Origin: Lentisphaeria bacterium UBA5247
GTDB lineage: Bacteria; Verrucomicrobiota; Lentisphaeria; Victivallales; Victivallaceae
DNA: 64,000 nucleotides
Assembly (NCBI GenBank): GCA_002408885.1
Contig: DHTZ01000029.1
Location: 2,041 to 66,040 of the forward strand
Direction of reading: 5' to 3'
The position numbers were made by a program, and so were the translations under genes. Under the pieces are notes generated by a model. It saw nothing but the letters and a program-made list of their open reading frames with translations. It made no database searches and was not told where the DNA came from. Shown piece after piece: positions 9,234-18,230 of this stretch; the stretch's first letter is position 1, and each line of letters starts with the position of its first letter.

Positions 9234-9992
9234 CTAACGTCCTTTGCGTTTAAAAGTTTCCAGCAGAAATCCCGCCGCCGCCACGACAGCCGCCAGCAGG
9301 CAGACGGCGGCGATCTGCCACGTCAGCCTTGCCGTGCTCTCGGCAGCGCATGCCGTGGCATATAATTTCCCCACATCCTGAAGCTGGGGAGCCACCAGCA
9401 AAATGAGAATAAAGTACAGGGCGATAAAAATCATCATCTTACCCGTGAACCAAAGCGGCTGGAAGGAAAAAAGCCGTCCGATTCCCAACAGCCCGACCAG
9501 GAATAATATATTGAACAACAGGAAAAACGCGGGTACGGCGACCGGCAGCCACGCGGCGTATTCCGGAAGCAGCATCCGGGCGAACGCGCAGACCAGAAAA
9601 ACAGCCGAGGCGCAAACCGGACAGGGCACCGCCAACAGCAGCCAGCCGTTTGAATCGGCTTTGTCCGGCGTTTCGCCGGGGCGATGGCAAAGCAGGCGGA
9701 TACCCCAGACCAGCAAACCACCGCAAAGCAGAAGGTGCAGGGCGGTCCCCGTCTGCAGAAAACTGCTGGAATTCCCGGCGAACCCGAATAAATCGAATCT
9801 GGACAACAGCGCGAAGGCCAGAACGAACAGGAGCAGGTAAGCCCCCCAGGTGGCCGCCAGAAAGACCGTCCGTTTCACCGTGGAACGGTATATGGAAAAG
9901 AAATAATATTCCCCCACCGCGGTTTTAAAGGCAAAAACGCTTAGCGCCATTGCCAGCCCGGCGGCGATGCTGAGGGATTCCGCTAAATGCAT
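9234..9992 (-). CDS. polytopic inner-membrane protein (DUF2162-like by context)
   Basis: 252 aa, about 7 hydrophobic helices, first gene of the CobN operon. The family assignment is tentative. Confidence 0.5.
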   Translation of the reverse strand: MHLAESLSIAAGLAMALSVFAFKTAVGEYYFFSIYRSTVKRTVFLAATWGAYLLLFVLAFALLSRFDLFGFAGNSSSFLQTGTALHLLLCGGLLVWGIRLLCHRPGETPDKADSNGWLLLAVPCPVCASAVFLVCAFARMLLPEYAAWLPVAVPAFFLLFNILFLVGLLGIGRLFSFQPLWFTGKMMIFIALYFILILLVAPQLQDVGKLYATACAAESTARLTWQIAAVCLLAAVVAAAGFLLETFKRKGR

Positions 9993-10029
9993 ATCCGAAT
10001 TTCCTTATTACGTTTTTATGAAAAATAAT

Positions 10030-10057
10030 AATATAATACCGGAAAAATATTTGACAA
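10030..10057 (-). promoter_or_regulatory. candidate sigma70 promoter of the CobN-type operon
   Basis: On the minus strand: TTGTCA (10057-10052), 16-nt spacer, TATATT (10035-10030). An AAGGAAA RBS precedes the ATG at 9992. Confidence 0.35.
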
Positions 10058-10163
10058 CCGCAATATGGAATTTTCCCGGCAAATATAGTTTCAGGATGGC
10101 CGCCGGGAATTTGCATTTTGCGGTCGGCGCATTATGTTATAGCAGATTTGGAGATAATTTAGA

Positions 10164-12071
10164 ATGCGCATATTGAGATCCCTGGGAATTGCCGCGATGC
10201 TCCTGCTCCTTGCCGGATGCGGCGGGACCATTCATTTAAAAGAAGTCGGACGGAGCGGGCGCGAAGACAGTTTCGTCAAGGCCGCCAAAAATTTTGACGG
10301 TCTCTCCGATTTGTCGCTGAGCTACCTGAACGCCAATCTCCTGACCGGGGAATTCCGCAGTAACCCGGATACGGTCATCCGGGGACTGCACCAGCGTTTT
10401 TTAGCTTATCAGGAACGTGAAGTCCTGGAAATGCTGGCCGACATCTGTCATTATCTGGGCCGGAAAACGTCCGACGACGCCAAGGCGATCCGTTATTACA
10501 CCTCGTGCGCGCTCTATTCCTACCACTATCTGTTCGGCGAAAACCTTTACCCGGCGCGCGGCACATTCAGCAGCTCCGGCGAATTATTCTGCATCCGTTA
10601 TTACAATGCCTCGGTCACTCATATTTTTGAATTTCTGTCCGACCGGGGGATGCTCTGGCTGGAATCGTTCATGCTGCCGACGGTGATCGACGACAGCCCG
10701 GTTCATTTCGAAGTGCCGCTCTATGATCTGTCGTTTCCCCGCGATTATTACGATAAATTCACGGCGGCAAGCAATTACAGGGTCAGCGGAGCTTTGACTT
10801 ACAGCGGCCGTTTCGGCATCGGCGTGCCGATGGTCGGAGAACTGAAGTCCGGGCCGGACGTTAAGAATGATTTCCTGTCGGACGGCATGCCGACACCGCT
10901 GACGATCTTCCTGCGTTTCAAATTTCAGGATAAGCGTGTTTCGGCCACCTTTGAATTTTATGACACGTTTAAAACCGAAACCGTCCAGGTAAACGGCAAG
11001 GATATCCCGCTGGAGCTGGATTTCACGACTCCGTTGGCGTTTATGCTCAAAACGCCGGAGGTGCTGCCGGGGATTTTCGCCATGCTCAACCCGGACAAGA
11101 CGTCCCGGTACAACGGCATTTATATGTTGACGCCTTATTCGAAAGACCGTATTCCGGTTGTTTTCGTCCACGGCCTGATGTCCAATCCGCGTACCTGGGC
11201 GCAATTGCTCAATACGTTGCTCAGCACCGAGGCCATCCGCCAGAATTACCAGTTCATGATGTTCGGCTATTCGACCGGCAACCCGATTATTTATTCCGCG
11301 AAACAATTGAGAACGGAGTTGACCGGGTTCCATCAAAAGTTCAATCCCGGATCGGACAACCCGAATTTCAACCGGATGGTGGTGATCGGCCACAGCATGG
11401 GCGGATTGCTGACGAAAACATTGATTCAGGACAGCGGCGACTATCTGGCCGAACAGTTGCTCGACGACAAAAAGCGGAAAATATGGGATAACCTGACGGA
11501 AGAACAGCGGGCCTATTTCCAAAGCATGGCATACTTCAAAGCGCTGCCGTTTGTGCGGCGGGTCGTCTTTATGGCGGTACCGCACCAAGGTTCGGACCTG
11601 GCGACCAAATCGTTTGCCGGTTTTTTCGCTTCGCTGATCTCGCTGCCGAAAGACCTGATCAATGAAATCCATGCGATTTCCAAGTCTGCCTTGATCGATG
11701 CGGGACTGGTCAAGGAGGATGGACGGGTCCTCATCGTCACCGGCATCGGCAACCTGAACCCGAAAGATCCCTCGTTGAAAGCCTTGAATGCGTTGCCGTT
11801 CAAGGACGATGTCATTTTTCACTCCGTCATCGGCAACCGGAAAAAAGCCGATACGCCGGGCGGCGACGACGGCGTGGTATCGTACCTGAGCTCGCACCTC
11901 GATGGCGCCAAGAGCGAACTGGTGGTGAAATCCGGCCACAGTGTCCAGAGTACCGCCGCCGCCATTGACGAGATCCGGCGGATTCTGCTGCTGCACCTGT
12001 ACGAAAACGGATTGCTGCAGGGATACGGGTTCCAGCGCAAAGATTTGAAGGAAAAAAGTGGGCGAAATTAA
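10164..12071 (+). CDS. lipoprotein with C-terminal alpha/beta-hydrolase (lipase/esterase-like) domain
   Basis: 635 aa. Lipobox LLLLAGCGG. PVVFVHGLMSNPRTW and the nucleophile elbow GHSMGG. Confidence 0.75.
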   Translation: MRILRSLGIAAMLLLLAGCGGTIHLKEVGRSGREDSFVKAAKNFDGLSDLSLSYLNANLLTGEFRSNPDTVIRGLHQRFLAYQEREVLEMLADICHYLGRKTSDDAKAIRYYTSCALYSYHYLFGENLYPARGTFSSSGELFCIRYYNASVTHIFEFLSDRGMLWLESFMLPTVIDDSPVHFEVPLYDLSFPRDYYDKFTAASNYRVSGALTYSGRFGIGVPMVGELKSGPDVKNDFLSDGMPTPLTIFLRFKFQDKRVSATFEFYDTFKTETVQVNGKDIPLELDFTTPLAFMLKTPEVLPGIFAMLNPDKTSRYNGIYMLTPYSKDRIPVVFVHGLMSNPRTWAQLLNTLLSTEAIRQNYQFMMFGYSTGNPIIYSAKQLRTELTGFHQKFNPGSDNPNFNRMVVIGHSMGGLLTKTLIQDSGDYLAEQLLDDKKRKIWDNLTEEQRAYFQSMAYFKALPFVRRVVFMAVPHQGSDLATKSFAGFFASLISLPKDLINEIHAISKSALIDAGLVKEDGRVLIVTGIGNLNPKDPSLKALNALPFKDDVIFHSVIGNRKKADTPGGDDGVVSYLSSHLDGAKSELVVKSGHSVQSTAAAIDEIRRILLLHLYENGLLQGYGFQRKDLKEKSGRN

Positions 12072-13077
12072 AAAAGTATTGAAACTCCTGCTTCGGGGGC
12101 TTGGCTGGCTGTTTTATGCCGGAATGACGCTATGGTGTTTCGGCGCGGCCTGGTATTCGAATTTGCCGTGGCACTGGCTGCGGGTGACGTGCGCGGTGGT
12201 GGTGGTGGGGCTTTTGATCTGCGGCGTTCTGCTCCGGAAACGGAAGGGGCTGTGGGGGGCGGCGGGCATCATGGCGGCGGTCGCCGTATGGTTTATGCTG
12301 ATTCCGGCGACAAACGACCGACCGTGGCTGCCGTCATTCGCCCGCAATCCTTATGCGGTATTCAGCCCGGACGGTTCGGAAGTGACCATTCACGACATCC
12401 GCGATTTTGACTACCGTGCGGAACATGACTTCACTGTCCGTTACATCACCGGAACCTGCAAACTGGACGAACTGCGAAGCATGGATTACATTCAGGTCCA
12501 TTGGGACGGCATGGAGGCGATCGCGCACTCCATGCTTTCGTTCGGGTTTGCGGACGGGCGCCATCTGACCGTGTCGGTGGAAACCCGGCTGGCGGAGGGC
12601 GATGTACAGGGCGCGTTGCCCGGACTGTACAAATGTTTCGGGCTGTTGATGATTCTGGGGACGGAACGCGACCTGCTGGGGCTGCGGACCAACTACCGTC
12701 ACGAACAGGTGTATCTTTACCCGACCGGATGCAACCGCGAACAGGTGCGGACGGTTTTTCTGGACATCCTGCGGCGGGTTAACGAATTGCGGGAGGAGCC
12801 TCAATTCTATAACACCATCCGGCATAATTGTTTCACCTCCCTGATTCCGAGCCTGAAGCTGATCATGCCGCAGATGCGCCGGGATATTTCCATGCTTTTC
12901 AACGGGCTCACCGACAAACGGATTTACGAATACGAACTGGCAAAGGGAAAGTTCCACGACGGCTCGTATCAGGACTTCCGCCAGCTGCATTACGTCAATC
13001 CGAAGGTGGACCGTTTGCCCGAACTGCCGACGGCAAATGAGTACTCCGGATTGATCCGGCGTCCGCCCGGAAAATGA
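12058..13077 (+). CDS. DUF4105 (Lnb N-terminal periplasmic domain) membrane protein
   Basis: 339 aa with a GTG start and a 14-nt overlap with the upstream hydrolase. N-terminal TM helices, then a domain containing IRHNCFTSL, typical of DUF4105. Confidence 0.65.
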   Translation: MGEIKKVLKLLLRGLGWLFYAGMTLWCFGAAWYSNLPWHWLRVTCAVVVVGLLICGVLLRKRKGLWGAAGIMAAVAVWFMLIPATNDRPWLPSFARNPYAVFSPDGSEVTIHDIRDFDYRAEHDFTVRYITGTCKLDELRSMDYIQVHWDGMEAIAHSMLSFGFADGRHLTVSVETRLAEGDVQGALPGLYKCFGLLMILGTERDLLGLRTNYRHEQVYLYPTGCNREQVRTVFLDILRRVNELREEPQFYNTIRHNCFTSLIPSLKLIMPQMRRDISMLFNGLTDKRIYEYELAKGKFHDGSYQDFRQLHYVNPKVDRLPELPTANEYSGLIRRPPGK

Positions 13078-13235
13078 AATCCGCTTCCCGGTACGGTTAA
13101 AACCGAAGTTTTTCAGCGGGAGCCTATTGACAAACCGCTGATCTGCATCCATATTATGATGAAAGAAGATTCTGTCTATTAGGAAAACGCAAACGGAACC
13201 AGCGGTGGATGGTTCCCGGAAAGGGGGGTCCTGAA

Positions 13236-16025
13236 ATGGCCATGAATGATCATCAGACGATTCAACCGGGTGAATGGATCTGGCGGGAACGCTTTCTGAG
13301 CAACAGCGATTGTTTCATGTTTGCCCGGAAAACATTCACACTGGATGCGGTTCCCGGTGAGGCGAATCTGTGGATCGCCGCCAACTCCGTCTATCAGTTG
13401 TTCATCAACGGCAAGCTGATCGGGTTCGGGCCGGGCTACAAGGGCACGGAATATTCATTTGCCGATTCCTACAACGTGTCGTATTACCTGCAGCCCGCCG
13501 CCAACACGATTGAAGTCCTGGTTTACCACTGCGCTCTGCCGGATGAATACGATGTCAGGCCACGGGGGCTTTTCTGCCAGCTTGAAATCGATGGCAAATT
13601 TTATCTGGGGACCGACCGGTCCTGGCAAACCATGGAAGGATTCTGCTATCAGAACAGCCGCGCCCGCAGTACTCCGGATTCCTATTTCAATGAATACATC
13701 AACATGCGGATTCTGCCGTCCAACTGGGTCAGCGAAGAAAGCGAAGACAAACTGGCCGCCACCCACTGGTCGGAACCAACTCAAATCATTTCAACAACGG
13801 CCTACGGCGCGGCGGTTCAGCCGTCGCCCATTTCCGCCAATAGCTGCGACGAAAACGGGGAGTTTACCCCCGTCGCCTGGGGCAATATCAAGGAGCGCGA
13901 GGCATATACCTATTGCTCGTTCGGCCGGATTTTCGCCGGAAGCCCGGCGGTCTATGCGGCCAGGGCCTATGTCTATGCCGGAGAGGACTCCGAGGTTCCC
14001 ATCCGGATCATCTGCGATGACCGTCATGTTTTCTTCAACAATCACACCATGATCAGTTCCACTATTGACGCGGAACAGAGCCCGGCCGCCACTGAAACGG
14101 TCCTGCCGCTGCGCAAAGGCTGGAACTGCCTGCAGATGATTCAACAGGTCCGGGAAAATTCGATGGGATTCGCATTGGCTTTCCCGGCGGTTTCCGCCAA
14201 TAACCTGTCGCTTCATTCCCAGCCGAGTGAAAAGGGCGCGGCCGCCTGGGAAATGGTGGGCCCATTGAAAATGCCGCTTGAGGACGCCACCCCGTCAATC
14301 GATTACGCAAAGCTGGCACGGGATACATTCCAGCCGTCGCCGGATAATATCACGGACGCTTTTTCATGGCTCCATTGCTGCGAATTCCAGCCGTTAAAGC
14401 TCGAAGACGCTCCGGAAGACCTCGCAAGCGGACAGTTCCTGACCTTGAAACTGGACCAGCTCCGCATCGGCTTCCCCGTGCTGACCATGCATGGCGAAGA
14501 CGGCGACATCGTCGATGTGACGATCGGCAACCGGCTGAACGCCGCAGGGTTACCGATTCTCGACGACAAATCGCGCTGTACCCACACCTTGGAACTGCGC
14601 GCCCGCGACAACGCATTCATCAAATTTCTGCCGGTGGACTGCACCTATCTGCAGGTGGTTGTCCGCAAAGCCAAAAACAAAGTCCGGATCATCAACTGCG
14701 TGTTCAATGAAATTGTCCGGCCGCAGAAATTTGAAACGCAATTCACCTGTTCGGATGATGTTCTGAACGATATCTGGCAGGTCGGACAGGAAGTCATGCG
14801 CCGTAACGTCAATCAGACGTACCGTTTCGCCCACAGCGAGGATGAATCCATGTACATGCTGGATTCCTACGGCTTGTCGGCGAACATGATCTGCGCGTTC
14901 GGCGACTATCATTTTTCCGAACTCATGTTGCGTGTTTTTGCCCGGATTCAGTTTGAGAACGGCAATATTCCCGCCATGAGCTCCAGCGGGCGCTGCAAGA
15001 CTCAAATCAACCACATGGCGTTTTTCCCGATGTGGCTGGCCTATCATTACCGCACCAGCGGCAACGAACAACTGGTACGCGAACTGCTCCCGACCTTGGA
15101 TATGGCGGTTCAGTTCTTCGAATCGCTGGTGGATGACAAAGTCGGAATGATCGTCGACATCGACAAGAAGTTCCGCATTCATTGCGAAATAAACGATAAC
15201 GTGGAGGACTACTCCGGCTGTTCCACCGACGTCAATTCGCTGTATTGCCGCTTCCTGCTTTCCGCCGCCGAAATCTACCGGATTGCCGGGCAGGAGGACA
15301 AAGCAGACAAGTGCATGGAAGTGGCGAATCGGATCGTCCGGCTGCTCCACGCCTGTTGCTGGGTGCCGAGCGAAAAGGTTTTCTGCGATTCGTTTTGCGA
15401 GGGACATGAAGAAATCAGCTGCAATTCGTTCACGAATATGCTGGCGCTTTTCGCCGGGGTCAAGTCACCGGATGAATATCTGGATTACCTGAATTACTTT
15501 TTCATCAACGATCCGCCGTCGTCCGGGTATCCCGAACAGACCAAGAGCAGTTATTTCAATTTCCTGTTCACCTATACGATGTTCGCGCTCCGCCAGACGG
15601 ACTGGACATTGCGTTACCTGAAGGATTACTGGGCCAGCCGCATTGATTACAATGCCAAGGCATGGAAAGAAGCTCCCGACAGCGACAACCTTTCCGAAAT
15701 GACCATGTCCAAGGGAAATATGATCGGTCCGAACATCTTCCTGGTTCGCGAAGCCGCCGGAGTCCGCGCGGCGGAGCCAGGTTTCACGGCGATTTATTTC
15801 AACCCGCCTTTCCGGTCGCTGAAATGGGCCAATCTTTCCCTGCAGACCGTTAACGGTAAGCTCCTGGTAAAATGGCAGGTCGAAGCGGACGGCAGCCTGG
15901 ATGTGACGATCAACGCCAACTTCCCGCTCAAGGTTCTGTCGGAGTTTTCATCGGAGGTGATGGAGAAAACGACGTTCCGCATCAGCGAAAACATTACTTT
16001 GCTGGACCCGGAAAGTAAAAAATAA
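13236..16025 (+). CDS. GH78-like (alpha-L-rhamnosidase-type) glycoside hydrolase, cytoplasmic
   Basis: The N-terminal WIWRERF...FARKTFTLD...ANLWIAANSVYQLFINGKLIGFGPG matches the rhamnosidase N-domain pattern, followed by a six-hairpin-like C-terminal half. Start moved to the ATG at 13236, which follows an AAGGGGGG RBS. Confidence 0.6.
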   Translation: MAMNDHQTIQPGEWIWRERFLSNSDCFMFARKTFTLDAVPGEANLWIAANSVYQLFINGKLIGFGPGYKGTEYSFADSYNVSYYLQPAANTIEVLVYHCALPDEYDVRPRGLFCQLEIDGKFYLGTDRSWQTMEGFCYQNSRARSTPDSYFNEYINMRILPSNWVSEESEDKLAATHWSEPTQIISTTAYGAAVQPSPISANSCDENGEFTPVAWGNIKEREAYTYCSFGRIFAGSPAVYAARAYVYAGEDSEVPIRIICDDRHVFFNNHTMISSTIDAEQSPAATETVLPLRKGWNCLQMIQQVRENSMGFALAFPAVSANNLSLHSQPSEKGAAAWEMVGPLKMPLEDATPSIDYAKLARDTFQPSPDNITDAFSWLHCCEFQPLKLEDAPEDLASGQFLTLKLDQLRIGFPVLTMHGEDGDIVDVTIGNRLNAAGLPILDDKSRCTHTLELRARDNAFIKFLPVDCTYLQVVVRKAKNKVRIINCVFNEIVRPQKFETQFTCSDDVLNDIWQVGQEVMRRNVNQTYRFAHSEDESMYMLDSYGLSANMICAFGDYHFSELMLRVFARIQFENGNIPAMSSSGRCKTQINHMAFFPMWLAYHYRTSGNEQLVRELLPTLDMAVQFFESLVDDKVGMIVDIDKKFRIHCEINDNVEDYSGCSTDVNSLYCRFLLSAAEIYRIAGQEDKADKCMEVANRIVRLLHACCWVPSEKVFCDSFCEGHEEISCNSFTNMLALFAGVKSPDEYLDYLNYFFINDPPSSGYPEQTKSSYFNFLFTYTMFALRQTDWTLRYLKDYWASRIDYNAKAWKEAPDSDNLSEMTMSKGNMIGPNIFLVREAAGVRAAEPGFTAIYFNPPFRSLKWANLSLQTVNGKLLVKWQVEADGSLDVTINANFPLKVLSEFSSEVMEKTTFRISENITLLDPESKK

Positions 16026-16152
16026 CCCTGCCAAGCGAACAGGTTTTAAGCGCCATGTCTGTTTTGCACACAATAAAAACAGTTTTGTGCATTTCCGAAA
16101 CTGCAACCTTCATTTATATTATACACAATGCAGTTTAAATGGAGGTTGCAGT

Positions 16153-17442
16153 ATGTCGAAATATGGTCATGGAAATAGTGCCTGGTGGCAGGAAGCGCGT
16201 TTCGGGATGTTCATTCACTGGGGACTGTACGCGATGCCGGCCCGCCACGAATGGATTCGGAACTATGAAAAAATAACGGTTGAGGATTATCAGAAATATT
16301 TTGATCACTTCGACCCGGATAGGTACGACCCCGCCGAATGGGCCCGGACTGCCCGCGAAGCCGGCATGAAGTATGTCGTTTTCACCGCCAAGCACCACGA
16401 CGGCTTCTGCATGTGGGACAGCAAACATACGGACTACAAAGTCACCCATACGCCCTGCGGCAAAGACCTGTTGCGGCAGTTGCTGGACGCGTTTCGCGCG
16501 GAAGGCATCCGTACCGGGGTGTACTATTCGCTGATCGACTGGCATCACCCGGAATTTCTCGTGGACGACCTGCATCCGTTGCGCGACGTTGAAGAAGAAA
16601 ATGAAAAAAACAAACAGCGCAACATGAGAAAATATGCCGAATACATGCGCAATCAGGTGACGGAACTCCTGACGGAATACGGGCAGATCGATATCATCTG
16701 GTTTGATTTTTCTTATCCACATCTCAAACGCGGCAAAGGGCGCGAGGACTGGGAATCGGAAAAACTGGTACGCCTGGTCCGCGAATTGCAGCCGGAGATC
16801 CTGATTGACGACCGCCTCGATTTACCGGAAGCCGGAGACTTCTGTTCGCCGGAACAACACGTGCCCAGCGGCGGCATCCGTGACGAACAGGGACAGCTCG
16901 TTTTGTGGGAGGGCTGCCAGACATTCTCCGGTTCGTGGGGCTACCACCGCGACGAAAGCAGTTGGAAAAGCAACAAAATGCTGATTGAAATGCTGATTCA
17001 ACATGTCAGCCGCGGCGGCAATTTATTGATGAACGTGGGACCGACGGCGCGGGGCTATCTGGACCACCGCGCGGTTTCCGCCTTGCAGGGATACGCCCGT
17101 TGGATGAAGTACCATAGCCGTTCGATTTACGGTTGTACGCTGGCTTCGGAAGAATTCACGGAACCGGAAAACTGCCGTTACACCTACAACCCTGAAACCA
17201 ACCGGCTGTACTTGCACCTGCTGGTCTGGCCGTTCAAATTCATTCACCTGCCGAATTTGGGCGGCAAAGTTGAATATGTGCAATTATTGACCGACGGCAG
17301 CGAGATCTTTTTCCGGGATTCTTCGACTTCGGTTCATATGAACGAACAGGCGCCGGAGAACGCAGTTTCCCTGGACTTGCCGCCGGTTCAGCCGAACACC
17401 GAAATACCGGTCATTGAGATTTTCCTGAAAAACAACCGATGA
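16153..17442 (+). CDS. alpha-L-fucosidase (GH29)
   Basis: WWQEARFGMFIHWGLYA and HHDGFCMWDS motifs. A GGAGG RBS lies 7 nt before the ATG at 16153. The longer 16087 start runs through AT-rich non-coding sequence. Confidence 0.85.
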   Translation: MSKYGHGNSAWWQEARFGMFIHWGLYAMPARHEWIRNYEKITVEDYQKYFDHFDPDRYDPAEWARTAREAGMKYVVFTAKHHDGFCMWDSKHTDYKVTHTPCGKDLLRQLLDAFRAEGIRTGVYYSLIDWHHPEFLVDDLHPLRDVEEENEKNKQRNMRKYAEYMRNQVTELLTEYGQIDIIWFDFSYPHLKRGKGREDWESEKLVRLVRELQPEILIDDRLDLPEAGDFCSPEQHVPSGGIRDEQGQLVLWEGCQTFSGSWGYHRDESSWKSNKMLIEMLIQHVSRGGNLLMNVGPTARGYLDHRAVSALQGYARWMKYHSRSIYGCTLASEEFTEPENCRYTYNPETNRLYLHLLVWPFKFIHLPNLGGKVEYVQLLTDGSEIFFRDSSTSVHMNEQAPENAVSLDLPPVQPNTEIPVIEIFLKNNR

Positions 17443-18230
17443 AATTCAACCGTAAAAAACTATTGAAATCACTTGCCGGTACCGCTTGTGCGGTTCCGGC
17501 ATTTTTCATGTTTCTGCCCGGCTGCGTGGCGGACCGGATCATTTTTCAGCCGCCGTCCGGGACATCGCCGTCGGTGCCGCTGGTCCGGCTGGAAGTGGAG
17601 CCGGGAACGGCCATCACCCTTCGTTACCTGCCGCCGCCTTCCGAGGAAGCGCCGGTCATCCTGTACAGCCACGGCAATGCCGAGGATCTGTCATATATGG
17701 AAGATTACCTGCAGGAATTCCGGCGGCGCGGTTACGGCGTAGCCGCCTACGATTACGAGGGCTACGGTACGAGCGATGGTAAACCCTCGGAAAAAAGCAC
17801 TTACCGCGATATCGACCGGGTATACCGTTTCCTGACGGATGAAGCGGGGATTTCACCGGAACGGATCGTGATTTACGGAACTTCGGTCGGCGGCGGGCCG
17901 TCCTGCTATCTGGCGGAAAAGTCGCCCGCGGCGGCGCTGGTTCTGGAAGCGCCTTTCACCAGTGCGTTTGCGGTGGTGAAGATGGGATGGCTGCCGGGGG
18001 ACCGCTTCCGGAACCTGCGGCGGATTGGCAATATCCGGATACCGGTACTGATCATCCACGGAGACCGGGATTCCATTGTGCCGTTCGCCCATGGTGAGGC
18101 ACTTTATGAAAAGGCTAATGAACCGAAACGGTTTTACCGGGTGGACGGGGCAGGGCACAACAATATCCGCCTGGCGGCGGGCGAACGCTACTGGCGGGAA
18201 CTGGCCGGTTATCTTTCGGAGAAGCGGTAG
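17439..18230 (+). CDS. alpha/beta hydrolase (membrane-anchored or lipoprotein)
   Basis: 263 aa. ATGA overlap with the fucosidase gene. HGNAED, GTSVGGG (GxSxG), HGDRDSIVP and GAGHNN catalytic-triad pattern. Confidence 0.8.
   Translation: MKFNRKKLLKSLAGTACAVPAFFMFLPGCVADRIIFQPPSGTSPSVPLVRLEVEPGTAITLRYLPPPSEEAPVILYSHGNAEDLSYMEDYLQEFRRRGYGVAAYDYEGYGTSDGKPSEKSTYRDIDRVYRFLTDEAGISPERIVIYGTSVGGGPSCYLAEKSPAAALVLEAPFTSAFAVVKMGWLPGDRFRNLRRIGNIRIPVLIIHGDRDSIVPFAHGEALYEKANEPKRFYRVDGAGHNNIRLAAGERYWRELAGYLSEKR

Noticed and set aside
10020-10040. Fur-box-like AT-rich block (AATAATAATATAATA) over the -10 region of the CobN-type operon, which would fit a haem/iron role.
   Set aside because: Only about 10 of 19 positions match the GATAATGATAATCATTATC consensus, and only one half-site looks reasonable. 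It cannot be distinguished from ordinary AT-rich promoter DNA, and the Fur-family motif of this lineage is unknown.
16087-16152. N-terminal extensions given by the ORF track for several genes: 16087, 13209, 36392, 39886, 42347, 42535, 52231, 52925, 53139, 53713, 55130 and 62388.
   Set aside because: The extensions run through AT-rich promoter or leader sequence, or into the upstream gene. Internal ATGs are preceded by good Shine-Dalgarno sequences, or begin at the expected conserved N-terminus or signal peptide.
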